The translations under genes and the position numbers were made by a program. Positions 30,565 through 39,793 of a stretch of 64,000 nucleotides of DNA are shown one piece after another. The DNA comes from Desulfocurvus sp. (GTDB taxonomy: Bacteria; Desulfobacterota; Desulfovibrionia; Desulfovibrionales; Desulfovibrionaceae): the NCBI GenBank assembly GCA_020692325.1, contig JAIMKR010000006.1, forward strand, positions 67,933-131,932. Reading direction: 5' to 3'. The notes beneath the pieces were generated by a model, which worked only from the letters and a program-made list of their open reading frames with translations, was not told where the DNA came from and did no database searches. Position 1 is the first letter of the stretch. Each line of letters starts with the position of its first letter.

Positions 30565-31317
30565 CTACCGGGCCGGCGGCGTGGGAGCGGCGGTCTGCAC
30601 GCGGGTCATGGCCTCGGTGAGCTTGGCGGCCTTGTCGGTCTGCATGTAGGTCATGATCTCGCCGGAGACCTTGGGCTTCATGCCGGTCAGAATCTTGACG
30701 GCCAGATCCTGATCCATGCTGGAGAGCACCTGCGCGGCCTGCTTGGGCTTCATGGCCTGATACGTGGCCACCTGCCGCTTGATGCGCTCGTCCTTAAGCA
30801 CGTCGGCCTGATCGAGCAGTTTCTTGATGGACGCCTCCACGCGCTTGAGCTCGGCGAGCTTGGCGTCGACGTTGCGTTCCATCTGCTTGAGTGCGGCCTC
30901 GCGCGCGCCCAGCTCGGCCTCGCGGCTGTTGGCGGAGCGCGCGCCCTGGCTCTCGTTCACGCGCGCGGTCGGCACGGTGTTGGAGGCCAGCATGTCGGCC
31001 TCGGTCTGCGTGGCGGCGGCGGCGTCCGCGGCGGAATCCGCCTGGGTGGGATCGGCCACGGCGGGCGCGCCCGGATTTCCCTTCCCGGCGGCGGGCTTGG
31101 CCTTGGCTCCACGCTGAGCGGCCATGGCGTTGGTCAGCGGCGATAAACCTTCGGCGCCAACCTGCCGCAGCAGGTCCACGCCAAGGGCCCCAAGCACGGT
31201 GAGCTTAAGCGCCGCCACCACGGCCAGCGTCGTCAACACGCTAAGGATCTTGAGGTTTATGCCGGATCGTTGCCATTTCGTCGAATTCTTTTTGCTCGTG
31301 CTGATTGGCTTCGACAT
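30565..31317 (-). CDS. MotE/MgtE-N-like flagellar-associated protein
   Basis: TM segment, coiled coil, YQAMKPKQAA and KIL.GMKP..SGEI repeats; next to fliJ. Confidence 0.7.
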   Translation of the reverse strand: MSKPISTSKKNSTKWQRSGINLKILSVLTTLAVVAALKLTVLGALGVDLLRQVGAEGLSPLTNAMAAQRGAKAKPAAGKGNPGAPAVADPTQADSAADAAAATQTEADMLASNTVPTARVNESQGARSANSREAELGAREAALKQMERNVDAKLAELKRVEASIKKLLDQADVLKDERIKRQVATYQAMKPKQAAQVLSSMDQDLAVKILTGMKPKVSGEIMTYMQTDKAAKLTEAMTRVQTAAPTPPAR

Positions 31318-31681
31318 GATGTTTCGCAGCCTGCCTGTCTTTGAGTTTCTCCAGCAATTTTTTTTCCCTGGAGCGGAGAACGGCTTCCTCGCGGCGTTTC
31401 TGCAATACCTGGGCCAAGCGTTCGAGTTCGGCGGTGGCGGCGGTGATATCCATCTCCAGCGCCTCGCGATACTGGTTCCACAACCAGATATCCGCCTGCT
31501 GGGCGCGCTTGCCGAAGCCGCGCTCGTTGTGCGCGGTGAGCCGCATGGTCAGGTCGTTCAGCAAATTCCGCTGGACGTCGTGATCGGCCTTGGCGCGGGC
31601 CAGCGCCATACGCGCCTGATCCTCCAGCTGGCGACGGTATTCCAGCACCTTATCCAGGCGGAAGACGAACGGTTTGGCCAT
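31241..31681 (-). CDS. fliJ: Flagellar export protein FliJ
   Basis: MAKPFVFRLDKVLEYRRQLEDQA...EKKLLEKLK...EQKEFDEMA. Confidence 0.9.
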   Translation of the reverse strand: MAKPFVFRLDKVLEYRRQLEDQARMALARAKADHDVQRNLLNDLTMRLTAHNERGFGKRAQQADIWLWNQYREALEMDITAATAELERLAQVLQKRREEAVLRSREKKLLEKLKDRQAAKHHVEANQHEQKEFDEMATIRHKPQDP

Positions 31682-31834
31682 GCCCGCGTCATGCCACGGC
31701 CAAGCCCCCGCCGCAAGGCCCGCGAGCTTGCGCAGGCCCGGCGGCGGGTGTAAGGATGCCGCGTATCCCAATCCGCTTATCGAGCGGCCCGGCGTCCGGC
31801 GGGACCGGCGTCGCGCGGCCGCGCAAGGAGTTCC

Positions 31835-32515
31835 ATGAGCCTCGCCCGCGCCATCATCTTCGACCTCGACGGCACCCTGCTCAACACCCTCGACGACCTG
31901 GCCGACTCCGGCAACGCCACCCTCGCATCCCTGGGCCTGCCCACCCACGAAATCGACGACTACCGCTACTTCGTTGGACTGGGCATTGAGGAGCTGACCC
32001 GGCGCATGCTGCCGGAGTCCATGCGCGACCCCGCCACCGTGGCCCGCGTCTTCGCCGTCATGGCCGGCGAGTACAAAAAACGCTGGAAGGACAAGACCGC
32101 GCCCTACCCCGGCGTGCCGGAAATGCTCGCGGCGCTCTCCCGGCGCGGGCTGCCCCTGTGCGTGCTTTCCAACAAGCCGCAGTTGTTCACGGGGCTGGCT
32201 GTGGACGCCTTCTTCCCCACGCATCCCTTCCTCCATGCGCGCGGCGCCCGGCCGGAGGTGCCAAGCAAACCGCATCCCGCCGGGGCGCTGGCCCTGGCAG
32301 TAGAAATAGGCGTAGCGCCCGGGTCCATCGTCTTCGTGGGCGACTCGGAAACGGACATGAAAACCGCGCGCGGCGCTGGCATGATGCCCGTGGGCGTGCT
32401 CTGGGGCTTCCGCGACGAGACCGAGCTGCTGGGAGCCGGGGCGCGGCACCTCATCTCCCGCCCGGAGGAGTTGCCCGAACTCCTCGACGGGCTCGCCGGC
32501 GCGCCCGGGGCCTGA
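31835..32515 (+). CDS. HAD-family hydrolase (phosphoglycolate phosphatase-like)
   Basis: FDLDGTLLNT, SNK, KPHP, VGDSETD, WGFR. Confidence 0.88.
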   Translation: MSLARAIIFDLDGTLLNTLDDLADSGNATLASLGLPTHEIDDYRYFVGLGIEELTRRMLPESMRDPATVARVFAVMAGEYKKRWKDKTAPYPGVPEMLAALSRRGLPLCVLSNKPQLFTGLAVDAFFPTHPFLHARGARPEVPSKPHPAGALALAVEIGVAPGSIVFVGDSETDMKTARGAGMMPVGVLWGFRDETELLGAGARHLISRPEELPELLDGLAGAPGA

Positions 32516-33004
32516 CGCCCCCAACCCTGCCCGCGCCCGACGGATTCCCATCCGCAAGGCGATCCGCGCGCGAAACGCGCGGCCGGAAGGTTGCCGCCGC
32601 TCGCTTCCGGGGTGTACACAATCCGGGTCGGCCTCATTCCAGGGCGGTCAAACGCCGCGCGGACGGCAAAACCTCCGCGCCGGCCTCGCCCCCACAGCGG
32701 ACGGAACCCCGGAGCGGTCCGCCCATCGATGAGGAACGACGGCGTCCCGTCGCCATGGCGGCCAAATTTCCCCCGCACAGGGAACGGCAACGCCGGACGT
32801 TTTCTCCGGTGACCGCCCAGATCCCGCCAGGGATGCGCCAGGGTGGGCAGTCGGGACGGCCGGCCCCCGACGATCACGCGATCACCGGTCGGCGGTCGGA
32901 CAGGAAGGACGCCGGACGCGACGACGCTTTTCCATGGTGATTTCCCCAGGCGTAGCGCCGGCGGACCATCACGGACCGAGACCCAAACCCGCGCAGGAGG
33001 CGCC

Positions 33005-33658
33005 ATGTCCCTTCCCCTCACGGCCAACCACCCGACCAGCACCCGGCCCATGGACGGAGTGCTCGACTGGGCGCGGATGCTCTCGGGAGCGGGGCTCATC
33101 ATCTTCATGTGGGCGCACCTGATTCTGGTGGCCAGCGTGAACTTCGGCCCCCAGGCCATGGACACCGTCGCCGGATTCTTCGAGGCCGCGCGGCTGGTGC
33201 GGTTGGGCGGACCGGTCATGTGCGTTCTGTTTCTGGCGCATTTTCTGATCGCCATGCGCCAAATTCCCCTCCGGCCGGAATCCCAGCGGATATTTTTGAC
33301 GCACGCGTGGGCGCTGCGCCATGCCGGCACTTGGTTGTGGGCGGTGCAGGTGGTTTCGGGCGTGGTCATTTTGTGCATGGGGGCCTTCCACATGTGGGTG
33401 GTGCTCGCGGACCCGCCCATCACCGCGATCAAGAGCGCCACGCGCGTGCACAGCGGGGGCTGGCTGTTCTTCTACATGGCGCTGCTGCCCCTGGCCGAAC
33501 TGCACGCGGGCGTCGGCGCATACCGCATCGCGGTGAAGTGGGGCCTGGCAGGCGGGGTCGAACGCCGGGGCCTGGGGCGCACGGGAACCCTGCTCACGCT
33601 TCTGTTCGTGCTCATCGGCGCGCTCACGCTCGCGCGCTTCTGGTTCCTCAAGGGTTAA
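33005..33658 (+). CDS. frdC: Fumarate reductase cytochrome b subunit
   Basis: Five TM helices with heme His ligands (WAH, LAHF, FHM, ELHAGVG). Confidence 0.85.
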   Translation: MSLPLTANHPTSTRPMDGVLDWARMLSGAGLIIFMWAHLILVASVNFGPQAMDTVAGFFEAARLVRLGGPVMCVLFLAHFLIAMRQIPLRPESQRIFLTHAWALRHAGTWLWAVQVVSGVVILCMGAFHMWVVLADPPITAIKSATRVHSGGWLFFYMALLPLAELHAGVGAYRIAVKWGLAGGVERRGLGRTGTLLTLLFVLIGALTLARFWFLKG

Positions 33659-33672
33659 CGGGGGGGCGGCTC

Positions 33673-35544
33673 ATGCAAACGGTCTACACCGACGTCCTCG
33701 TCATCGGAGCCGGTCTGGCGGGCGAACGGGTGGCCATCGAGGCCGCGCAGGCGGGCTTCTCCGCCATCTGCCTGAGTCTGGTGCCGGCCAGGCATTCGCA
33801 CTCCGCCGTCGCCCAGGGCGGAATGCAGGCGGCGCTGGGCAACTGCGCCGGAGGCGAGGGCGACAGCCCCGACGCCCACTTCGCCGACACGGTCCGGGGC
33901 TCAGACTGGGGCTGCGACCAGGAGGTGGCGCAGCTCTTCGCCGAGCGCGCGCCCGTCGAGATCCGCCAGCTGGCCCACTGGGGCGTGCCCTGGAGCCGTG
34001 TGACGCCCGGCGCGCACACGCACTTCCGGGATGGCGCGCCCATCGAGAGGGAGGCGAGACCGGAGAACGCGGGGCTCATCGACGCCAGCGGTTTCGGCGG
34101 CACGGACAAATGGCGCGCCTGCCGCGCTTTCGACGGCACGGGACACGGCGTGCTGTTCACGGTGGACAACGTGTGCGCGAAACTGGGCGTGGAAGTGCAC
34201 GACAAGACCGAGGCCATCGCCCTCATCCAGGACGGCGAGATGTGCTTCGGCTGCGTGGCGCGCTGCCTGCGCACGGGCGAGCTGCGCGTGTACCTCTCCA
34301 AGGCCAGCGTCATCGCCACCGGCGGATTCGGCCGTCTGTTCCTCCACTCCACCAACGCCGTCATCAGCGACGGCGGCGGCCACATCCTGGTCCTCAACAC
34401 CGGGCTTGCGCCCATGGGCAACATGGAGGCCGTGCAGTTCCACCCCACGGCCCTCGTCCCCACGGACATCCTCATCGGCGACGCCTGCCGCGACCACGGC
34501 GGCACGCTCCTCGACGCGAACAAGGAACGCTTTCTGAACATCCGCGAGCCCGGCGACGGCGAGCCGGCCGGCCGCGACGAGGTCTGCCGCCGGATGGTCC
34601 GCCACATGCGCCAGGGCGGAGGCGTCGCCAGCCCCCACGGCGAACACCTCTGGCTGGACATCCGCCATCTGGGCGCGGAACGCATCGCAAGCGAGCTGCC
34701 CGCGGTGCGCGAACTCTGCGCCCGCATCCCCGGCATCGACCCCGCGCGCCAGCTCATTCCCGTGCGGCCCGCGCAGCACTACGGCATGGGCGGCGTGCGC
34801 ACCGGCAAGGACGGCCACGTCCCAGGCCTGAAGGGCCTGTTCGCCGTGGGCGAGGCCGCCTGCTGGGATCTGCACGGCTTCAATCGCCTGGGCGGCAACT
34901 CGCTGGCCGAGGCCGTGGTCGCCGGCGGCATGGTGGGCCGCAAGATCGCCGAATTTCTGCAGGGGGCCGAGGTCACCTTCAACTCCGCCGTCATCGACGA
35001 CGAGGTGAAACGGCAGACGGAGCGCATCGGCGGACTCATCCGCTGCAAGGCCGGCACGGAAAACGTCTACAAGGTGCGGCAAGCCATGCGTCAGGCCCTG
35101 GACGAGGGGGCGAACGTCCTGCGCACCGGGACCGGACTCGCCGCCTGCGTGGCGAGCCTGCGGGAAACCCTCGATCGCGCGCGCAGGGTGGGCCTCAAAA
35201 GCAACGGCCTGGGCGTGAATCCGGAACTCTCGGCCGCGCTCAAGATCGAGGGACAGGTCAAGCTTGCGCTCATGGTGGCCCTCGGCGCGCTCAAACGCAC
35301 GGAAAGCCGCGGCTGCCATCACCGTGAGGATTTCCCCGCGCGCGACGACGGCGCCTGGCTCACCCGCACGCTGGCCACGTGGAAAAATCCCGACGACGAC
35401 CTGCCCACGCTGGAATACGAACCGGCCAGCCCGGCGTATCCGCTGCCGCCGGACGGACGCGGCCACGGCGACGGCCAAACCGGCGCGTCCGGCGCGGCAA
35501 GCGCGCCCGCCACGGCCAGAAACGCCGATGCGGTCAGGGGATAG
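33673..35544 (+). CDS. frdA: Fumarate reductase flavoprotein subunit, divergent
   Basis: GAGLAG, SHS..AQGGMQA, MEAVQFHPT, QHYGMGG, HGFNRLGGNS, ESRG; TEG replaced by GDA. Confidence 0.9.
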   Translation: MQTVYTDVLVIGAGLAGERVAIEAAQAGFSAICLSLVPARHSHSAVAQGGMQAALGNCAGGEGDSPDAHFADTVRGSDWGCDQEVAQLFAERAPVEIRQLAHWGVPWSRVTPGAHTHFRDGAPIEREARPENAGLIDASGFGGTDKWRACRAFDGTGHGVLFTVDNVCAKLGVEVHDKTEAIALIQDGEMCFGCVARCLRTGELRVYLSKASVIATGGFGRLFLHSTNAVISDGGGHILVLNTGLAPMGNMEAVQFHPTALVPTDILIGDACRDHGGTLLDANKERFLNIREPGDGEPAGRDEVCRRMVRHMRQGGGVASPHGEHLWLDIRHLGAERIASELPAVRELCARIPGIDPARQLIPVRPAQHYGMGGVRTGKDGHVPGLKGLFAVGEAACWDLHGFNRLGGNSLAEAVVAGGMVGRKIAEFLQGAEVTFNSAVIDDEVKRQTERIGGLIRCKAGTENVYKVRQAMRQALDEGANVLRTGTGLAACVASLRETLDRARRVGLKSNGLGVNPELSAALKIEGQVKLALMVALGALKRTESRGCHHREDFPARDDGAWLTRTLATWKNPDDDLPTLEYEPASPAYPLPPDGRGHGDGQTGASGAASAPATARNADAVRG

Positions 35545-35550
35545 CGGCAT

Positions 35551-36288
35551 ATGAACAGACAGCTCCTCTTCAACATTTTCCGCTACAATCCACAGGACCC
35601 GGAATCCGCCCCGCACCTGGAGCGCTTCGCCCTCGACGAGTCGGACGCCATGACCCTGCACCTCGCGCTCACGCGCATCCGCGAGGAGCAGGACCCCAGC
35701 CTGCAATTCGACTTCTGTTGCCGGGCGGGCGTCTGCGGCTCCTGCGGCATGGTCATCAACGGCCGCCCGGGGCTGGCCTGCCGCGTCGCGACCCGCGACC
35801 TGCCCGACGAGATCACCTTGCTCCCCCTGCCGGTGTTCCAGCTGGTGGGCGACCTTTCCGTGGACACGGGCAGCTGGTTCCGCGACATGTACGACGCCAC
35901 GGAGTCGTGGATCCACACGAGGGAGTTGTTCGACCCAGCCAAGCCGGAGAAACGCATGGACAACGCCCTGGCCGAGTCGATCCACGAGCTGGACCGCTGC
36001 GTGGAGTGCGGCTGCTGCGTGGCAGCCTGCGCCACCGCGCGCCTGCGGCCGGATTTTCTGGGCGCGGCCGGACTGAACCGCGTGGCGCGCTTCCGGGCCG
36101 ACCCGCGCGACGAGCGCACGGACCGGGACTACTACGAGATCATCGGCAACGACCTGGGCATCTTCGGCTGCATGGGCCTGCTGGCCTGCGAGGACGTGTG
36201 TCCCCAGCACCTCCCCCTGCGGAACCGGCTGGGCTTTCTGCGCCGCAAGATGGGTGTCACCGCCCTCAAACAGTTCTTCGGGAAATAG
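35551..36288 (+). CDS. frdB: Fumarate reductase iron-sulfur subunit
   Basis: CRAGVCGSC..C, CVECGCCVAAC, CMGLLACEDVCP. Confidence 0.92.
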   Translation: MNRQLLFNIFRYNPQDPESAPHLERFALDESDAMTLHLALTRIREEQDPSLQFDFCCRAGVCGSCGMVINGRPGLACRVATRDLPDEITLLPLPVFQLVGDLSVDTGSWFRDMYDATESWIHTRELFDPAKPEKRMDNALAESIHELDRCVECGCCVAACATARLRPDFLGAAGLNRVARFRADPRDERTDRDYYEIIGNDLGIFGCMGLLACEDVCPQHLPLRNRLGFLRRKMGVTALKQFFGK

Positions 36289-36311
36289 CCGTTCAAAGCG
36301 AAGGAGACGTC

Positions 36312-37148
36312 ATGAGAGAGATCGGCGCGGCGGAGGTCTCCGCCGCGGTGGCGCGCATGTGCCGAAGCGCCAACACGAAACTGCCCGACGACGTGCGCCG
36401 CAAGCTGGAAGAGAGCCTTGCCCGCGAGACCTCCGAGGCCGGCCGCGAAATCTTCCGCCAGCTGCTGGAGAACGCGGACCTGGCCTTCAAGACCAAGCTG
36501 CCGCTGTGCCAGGACTGCGGTCTGGCCGTGTTCTACGTGGAGATGGGCGAGGACGTGCGCGTGGCCGGCGGTCTGAACAAGGCCATCATCGAGGGGATGG
36601 TGGCCGGCTACAGGGACGGCTTTCTGCGCAAGAGCTCCTGCGACCCCATGACGCGCCGGAACACCGGCGACAACACCCCGGCCATCATCCACGTGGACCT
36701 GACGCCCGGCGACAAACTCAAGATCAGCTACATGGCCAAGGGCGGCGGCAGCGAGAACATGAGCCGCGTGACCATGCTGGCCCCCAGCCAGGGCTGGAAG
36801 GGCATCAAGGAATTCGTGGTGCGGCGCGTGGCCGAGGCCGGGCCCAACCCCTGCCCGCCGGTCATCCTCGGCGTCGGCATCGGCGGCACCTTCGAGTACG
36901 CGCCCCGGATCGCCAAGAAAGCCCTTCTACGCAAGCTCGACGACACGCACCCCGATCCGAAAATCGCGGCCATGGAGGCCGAGCTGCTGGCCGGGGTGAA
37001 CGCGCTGGGCATCGGTCCCATGGGCCTGGGCGGCGACATCACCTGCCTCGCGGTCAAAATCGCCATGGCCCCCTGCCACATCGCCAGCCTGCCCCTGGCC
37101 GTCAACGTCCAGTGCCACTCCGCCCGGCACGAGGAGGTGGAATTCTGA
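36312..37148 (+). CDS. Class I fumarate hydratase, alpha subunit
   Basis: PLCQDCG, NTGDNTP, KGGGSEN, PCPP, PCHIASLP, CHSARH. Confidence 0.9.
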   Translation: MREIGAAEVSAAVARMCRSANTKLPDDVRRKLEESLARETSEAGREIFRQLLENADLAFKTKLPLCQDCGLAVFYVEMGEDVRVAGGLNKAIIEGMVAGYRDGFLRKSSCDPMTRRNTGDNTPAIIHVDLTPGDKLKISYMAKGGGSENMSRVTMLAPSQGWKGIKEFVVRRVAEAGPNPCPPVILGVGIGGTFEYAPRIAKKALLRKLDDTHPDPKIAAMEAELLAGVNALGIGPMGLGGDITCLAVKIAMAPCHIASLPLAVNVQCHSARHEEVEF

Positions 37149-37693
37149 TGGCCACGCATTCCCTGACCACCCCGCTCACCGACGCGGACATCGAGAAACT
37201 GCGCGCGGGCGACGTGGTGCGGCTCTCGGGCGTCATCTACTCCGGCCGCGACGCCGCGCACAAGAAGCTCGTGGAGCTGCTGGACGCGGGCAAGCCGCTG
37301 CCCTTCGACCCCAGGGGCGCGGTCATCTACTACGTGGGGCCCTCGCCCGCGCCGGCCGGCCGGCCCATCGGTTCCGCCGGGCCCACCACCAGCTACCGCA
37401 TGGACGCCTACGCCCCCCGGCTCATCGCCCTGGGGCTCAAGGCCAGCATCGGCAAGGGCAAACGCAATGACGAGGTGAAAAAGGCCATGCGCGAGCACAA
37501 GGCCGTGTACTTCGGGGCCACGGGCGGGGCCGGCGCGCTATTGTCCATGCGCATCACCGCGAGCAGGGTCATCGCCTTCGAAGAGCTGGGACCCGAGGCC
37601 GTGCGCGAAATGACCGTGCGCGACTTCCCGCTGCTGGTCATCAACGACGCCTTCGGCGGCGAGCTGTACGCCACGCCGAACCTGCCGGACTGA
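37148..37693 (+). CDS. Class I fumarate hydratase, beta subunit
   Basis: GRDAAHK, YVGP, GPTTSYRMD, IGKG, GGAGA, ELGPEA. Confidence 0.9.
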   Translation: MATHSLTTPLTDADIEKLRAGDVVRLSGVIYSGRDAAHKKLVELLDAGKPLPFDPRGAVIYYVGPSPAPAGRPIGSAGPTTSYRMDAYAPRLIALGLKASIGKGKRNDEVKKAMREHKAVYFGATGGAGALLSMRITASRVIAFEELGPEAVREMTVRDFPLLVINDAFGGELYATPNLPD

Positions 37694-37732
37694 CGGGCGT
37701 TCCGACGCGACAGCACGCGGAATCCGCCGGGT

Positions 37733-38128
37733 GCGTCATCCCCGGCTCCCGGCGGGGAAACCACCGGCGCATCCGCCGACGATCACGAGGGGAAGGCGGG
37801 CCTCTCCGCCCCATGAGTGGAAATCGCGCCAGAAAGAGGCGGACACTTTTTCCCGTCAGACGATCGCTCTCCGAGTAGGGGCGAAAACCTTCGGATATGG
37901 CCTTCGACTGTTTGATACCCGATCGGCCCAGCGGGGGGGGGGGAACACCGCCCCCAAGAAACGAGCCCGTTCTTCCGCCAAATCATCCGCCCCACGAGTG
38001 GGCCCCACCACCCGGAACCACTGACACGCTTCCGAGGGGCCCATATCCGTCCCACGAATGGGAAAATCGCGTTTCCAATATGGCCTTCGATTGTTTAATA
38101 CACGATCACGCCGCGCGAGTGGGCAAAC
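37733..38128. CRISPR. Heavily degenerate, orphan type I-E-like repeat-spacer array (about 7 repeats)
   Basis: 26-30-nt related units ending GGG(G)AAAC/GAACAC/GCAAAC at a 60-63-nt period, separated by 31-35-nt sequences; one spacer present twice; no cas genes in the window. Confidence 0.4.
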
Positions 38129-38225
38129 CGCCCTTGCCCTCTTCCCCCCCCCTCTGCTATCGTTTCCAGGAAGGCCGGGATCCCCGCGCACCCGCGCGCC
38201 GGGCCCCACGCCGGAGGAGCCGCCC

Positions 38226-38867
38226 ATGTCAACTCCCATGCGGACCCCGATAGGCCCCATCGACATCGAAGCCGAACGCGACCTCGCCTTCATGGCGGCC
38301 GTGGCCGAGCAAAGCGGCCAGGACCTCAAAAGCTGCTATCAATGCGGCAACTGCACCGCCGGCTGCGATTATTCCCACGACTACGACATCCCCGTGCATC
38401 AGGTCATGCGGCTGGTCCAGCTGGGCCGCCGGGACGAGGCGCTTTCCTGCCGGTCCATCTGGCTGTGCGCCACGTGCCAAGCCTGCACCACGCGCTGTCC
38501 CAACAACATCGAGGTGGCGCGCGTCATGGACGTGCTGCGGCACATGGCCCGGGCCGAGGGCCGCACGCCCGAGCGCCTCGTCAAGACCTTCGCCGACGGC
38601 TTCCTCGCCAGCGTGGCGCGCCACGGCCGCGTCTTCGAGGTCGGTCTGGCCATGGCCTTCGCCATTTTGAGCGGCAAGCCCATGCAGGACGCCGGACTGG
38701 GGCCGGCCATGCTCACGCGCGGCAAGCTGGCCATTCTGCCGCACAAGCCCGGCGGCGAGGGCCAACGCGAGGTGGCCGAAATTTTCCGGCGCTTCCGCGA
38801 GGGACCGCGACACGCGCCGGGCGGAACCAAAACCACCGCCGCGCCGGGCGGGGAGGCCGCCAAATGA
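38226..38867 (+). CDS. hdrC: Heterodisulfide reductase subunit C-like
   Basis: CYQCGNCTAGC and WLCATCQACTTRCP. Confidence 0.88.
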   Translation: MSTPMRTPIGPIDIEAERDLAFMAAVAEQSGQDLKSCYQCGNCTAGCDYSHDYDIPVHQVMRLVQLGRRDEALSCRSIWLCATCQACTTRCPNNIEVARVMDVLRHMARAEGRTPERLVKTFADGFLASVARHGRVFEVGLAMAFAILSGKPMQDAGLGPAMLTRGKLAILPHKPGGEGQREVAEIFRRFREGPRHAPGGTKTTAAPGGEAAK

Positions 38868-39793
38868 CCGCGACCCTGGGCTACTATCCCGGCTGCTCGC
38901 AGACCGGCACCGCAGCCGAATACGACATCTCCACCCGCGCCTGCATGGCCGCACTGGGCATCGAAAGCGCCGACGTGCCCGACTGGACCTGCTGCGGCAG
39001 CACCCCCGCGCACACGGTGGATCACTTTCTCGCCGGCGCGCTGGCCGCGCGCAACCTCACCCAGGCGCGCAAGGCCGGGTTCTCCCGCGTGGCCACGCCC
39101 TGCCCCAGCTGCCTCTCCGCCCTGCGCACGGCCGACGCCCGCCTGGCCGAGCCCGCCTATAAGGCCGAGGTGGAGCGTCTGCTCGGCCACCCCGCGCCGG
39201 AGCACGTGGACGCGGTGAGCACCATGCAGGCGATTTGGGAACAAGCCGGAGCCGAGGGCGTGCGCGCGCACGTGAAAAAGCCCCTCACCGGTCTGCGCGT
39301 GGCCTGCTACTACGGCTGCATTCTGAACCGCCCGCCGGACCTCATGGCCTTCGACGACCCGGAGAACCCGGTGGTCATGGACGAGCTGCTGCGCGCCTGC
39401 GGGGCGGAAATCGTGGACTTTCCCTTCAAGACCGAGTGCTGCGGCGCGGCCTTCGCCATGCCGAAGCTCAACATCATGACGCGGCTTTCCGGCCGCATTC
39501 TGGACATGGCGCGCAAGTGCGGGGCCGACTGCGTGGCCGTGGCCTGCCCCCTGTGCCAGATGAATCTGGACCTGCGGCAGGGGCAGGTGAACGCGGCCAC
39601 GGGGAACGACCTGCGCCTGCCCGTGCCCTACTTCACGCAGCTCATGGCCCTGGCCCTGGGGCTGCCGGACGAATCCGTCCGCCTGGACAAGCTGGTGCGG
39701 CCGCTTGAGCCCGCGCTGGAAGCCGCGCGCGCCAGGGCGTCGAAACCCGCCGCTGGCGGCGTCGCGCCGAAGGAGGCCAAGACATGCGCATAG
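38864..39793 (+). CDS. hdrB: Heterodisulfide reductase subunit B-like (CCG domains)
   Basis: YYPGC, WTCCG, CPSC, YYGC, ECCG, ACPLCQMNLD. Confidence 0.9.
   Translation: MTATLGYYPGCSQTGTAAEYDISTRACMAALGIESADVPDWTCCGSTPAHTVDHFLAGALAARNLTQARKAGFSRVATPCPSCLSALRTADARLAEPAYKAEVERLLGHPAPEHVDAVSTMQAIWEQAGAEGVRAHVKKPLTGLRVACYYGCILNRPPDLMAFDDPENPVVMDELLRACGAEIVDFPFKTECCGAAFAMPKLNIMTRLSGRILDMARKCGADCVAVACPLCQMNLDLRQGQVNAATGNDLRLPVPYFTQLMALALGLPDESVRLDKLVRPLEPALEAARARASKPAAGGVAPKEAKTCA

Noticed and set aside
37801-38166. Simple 183-bp tandem duplication as the explanation for the fumB-hdrC repeats
   Set aside because: Only the repeat-like units and one spacer match at the 183 offset; the other intervening segments are unrelated
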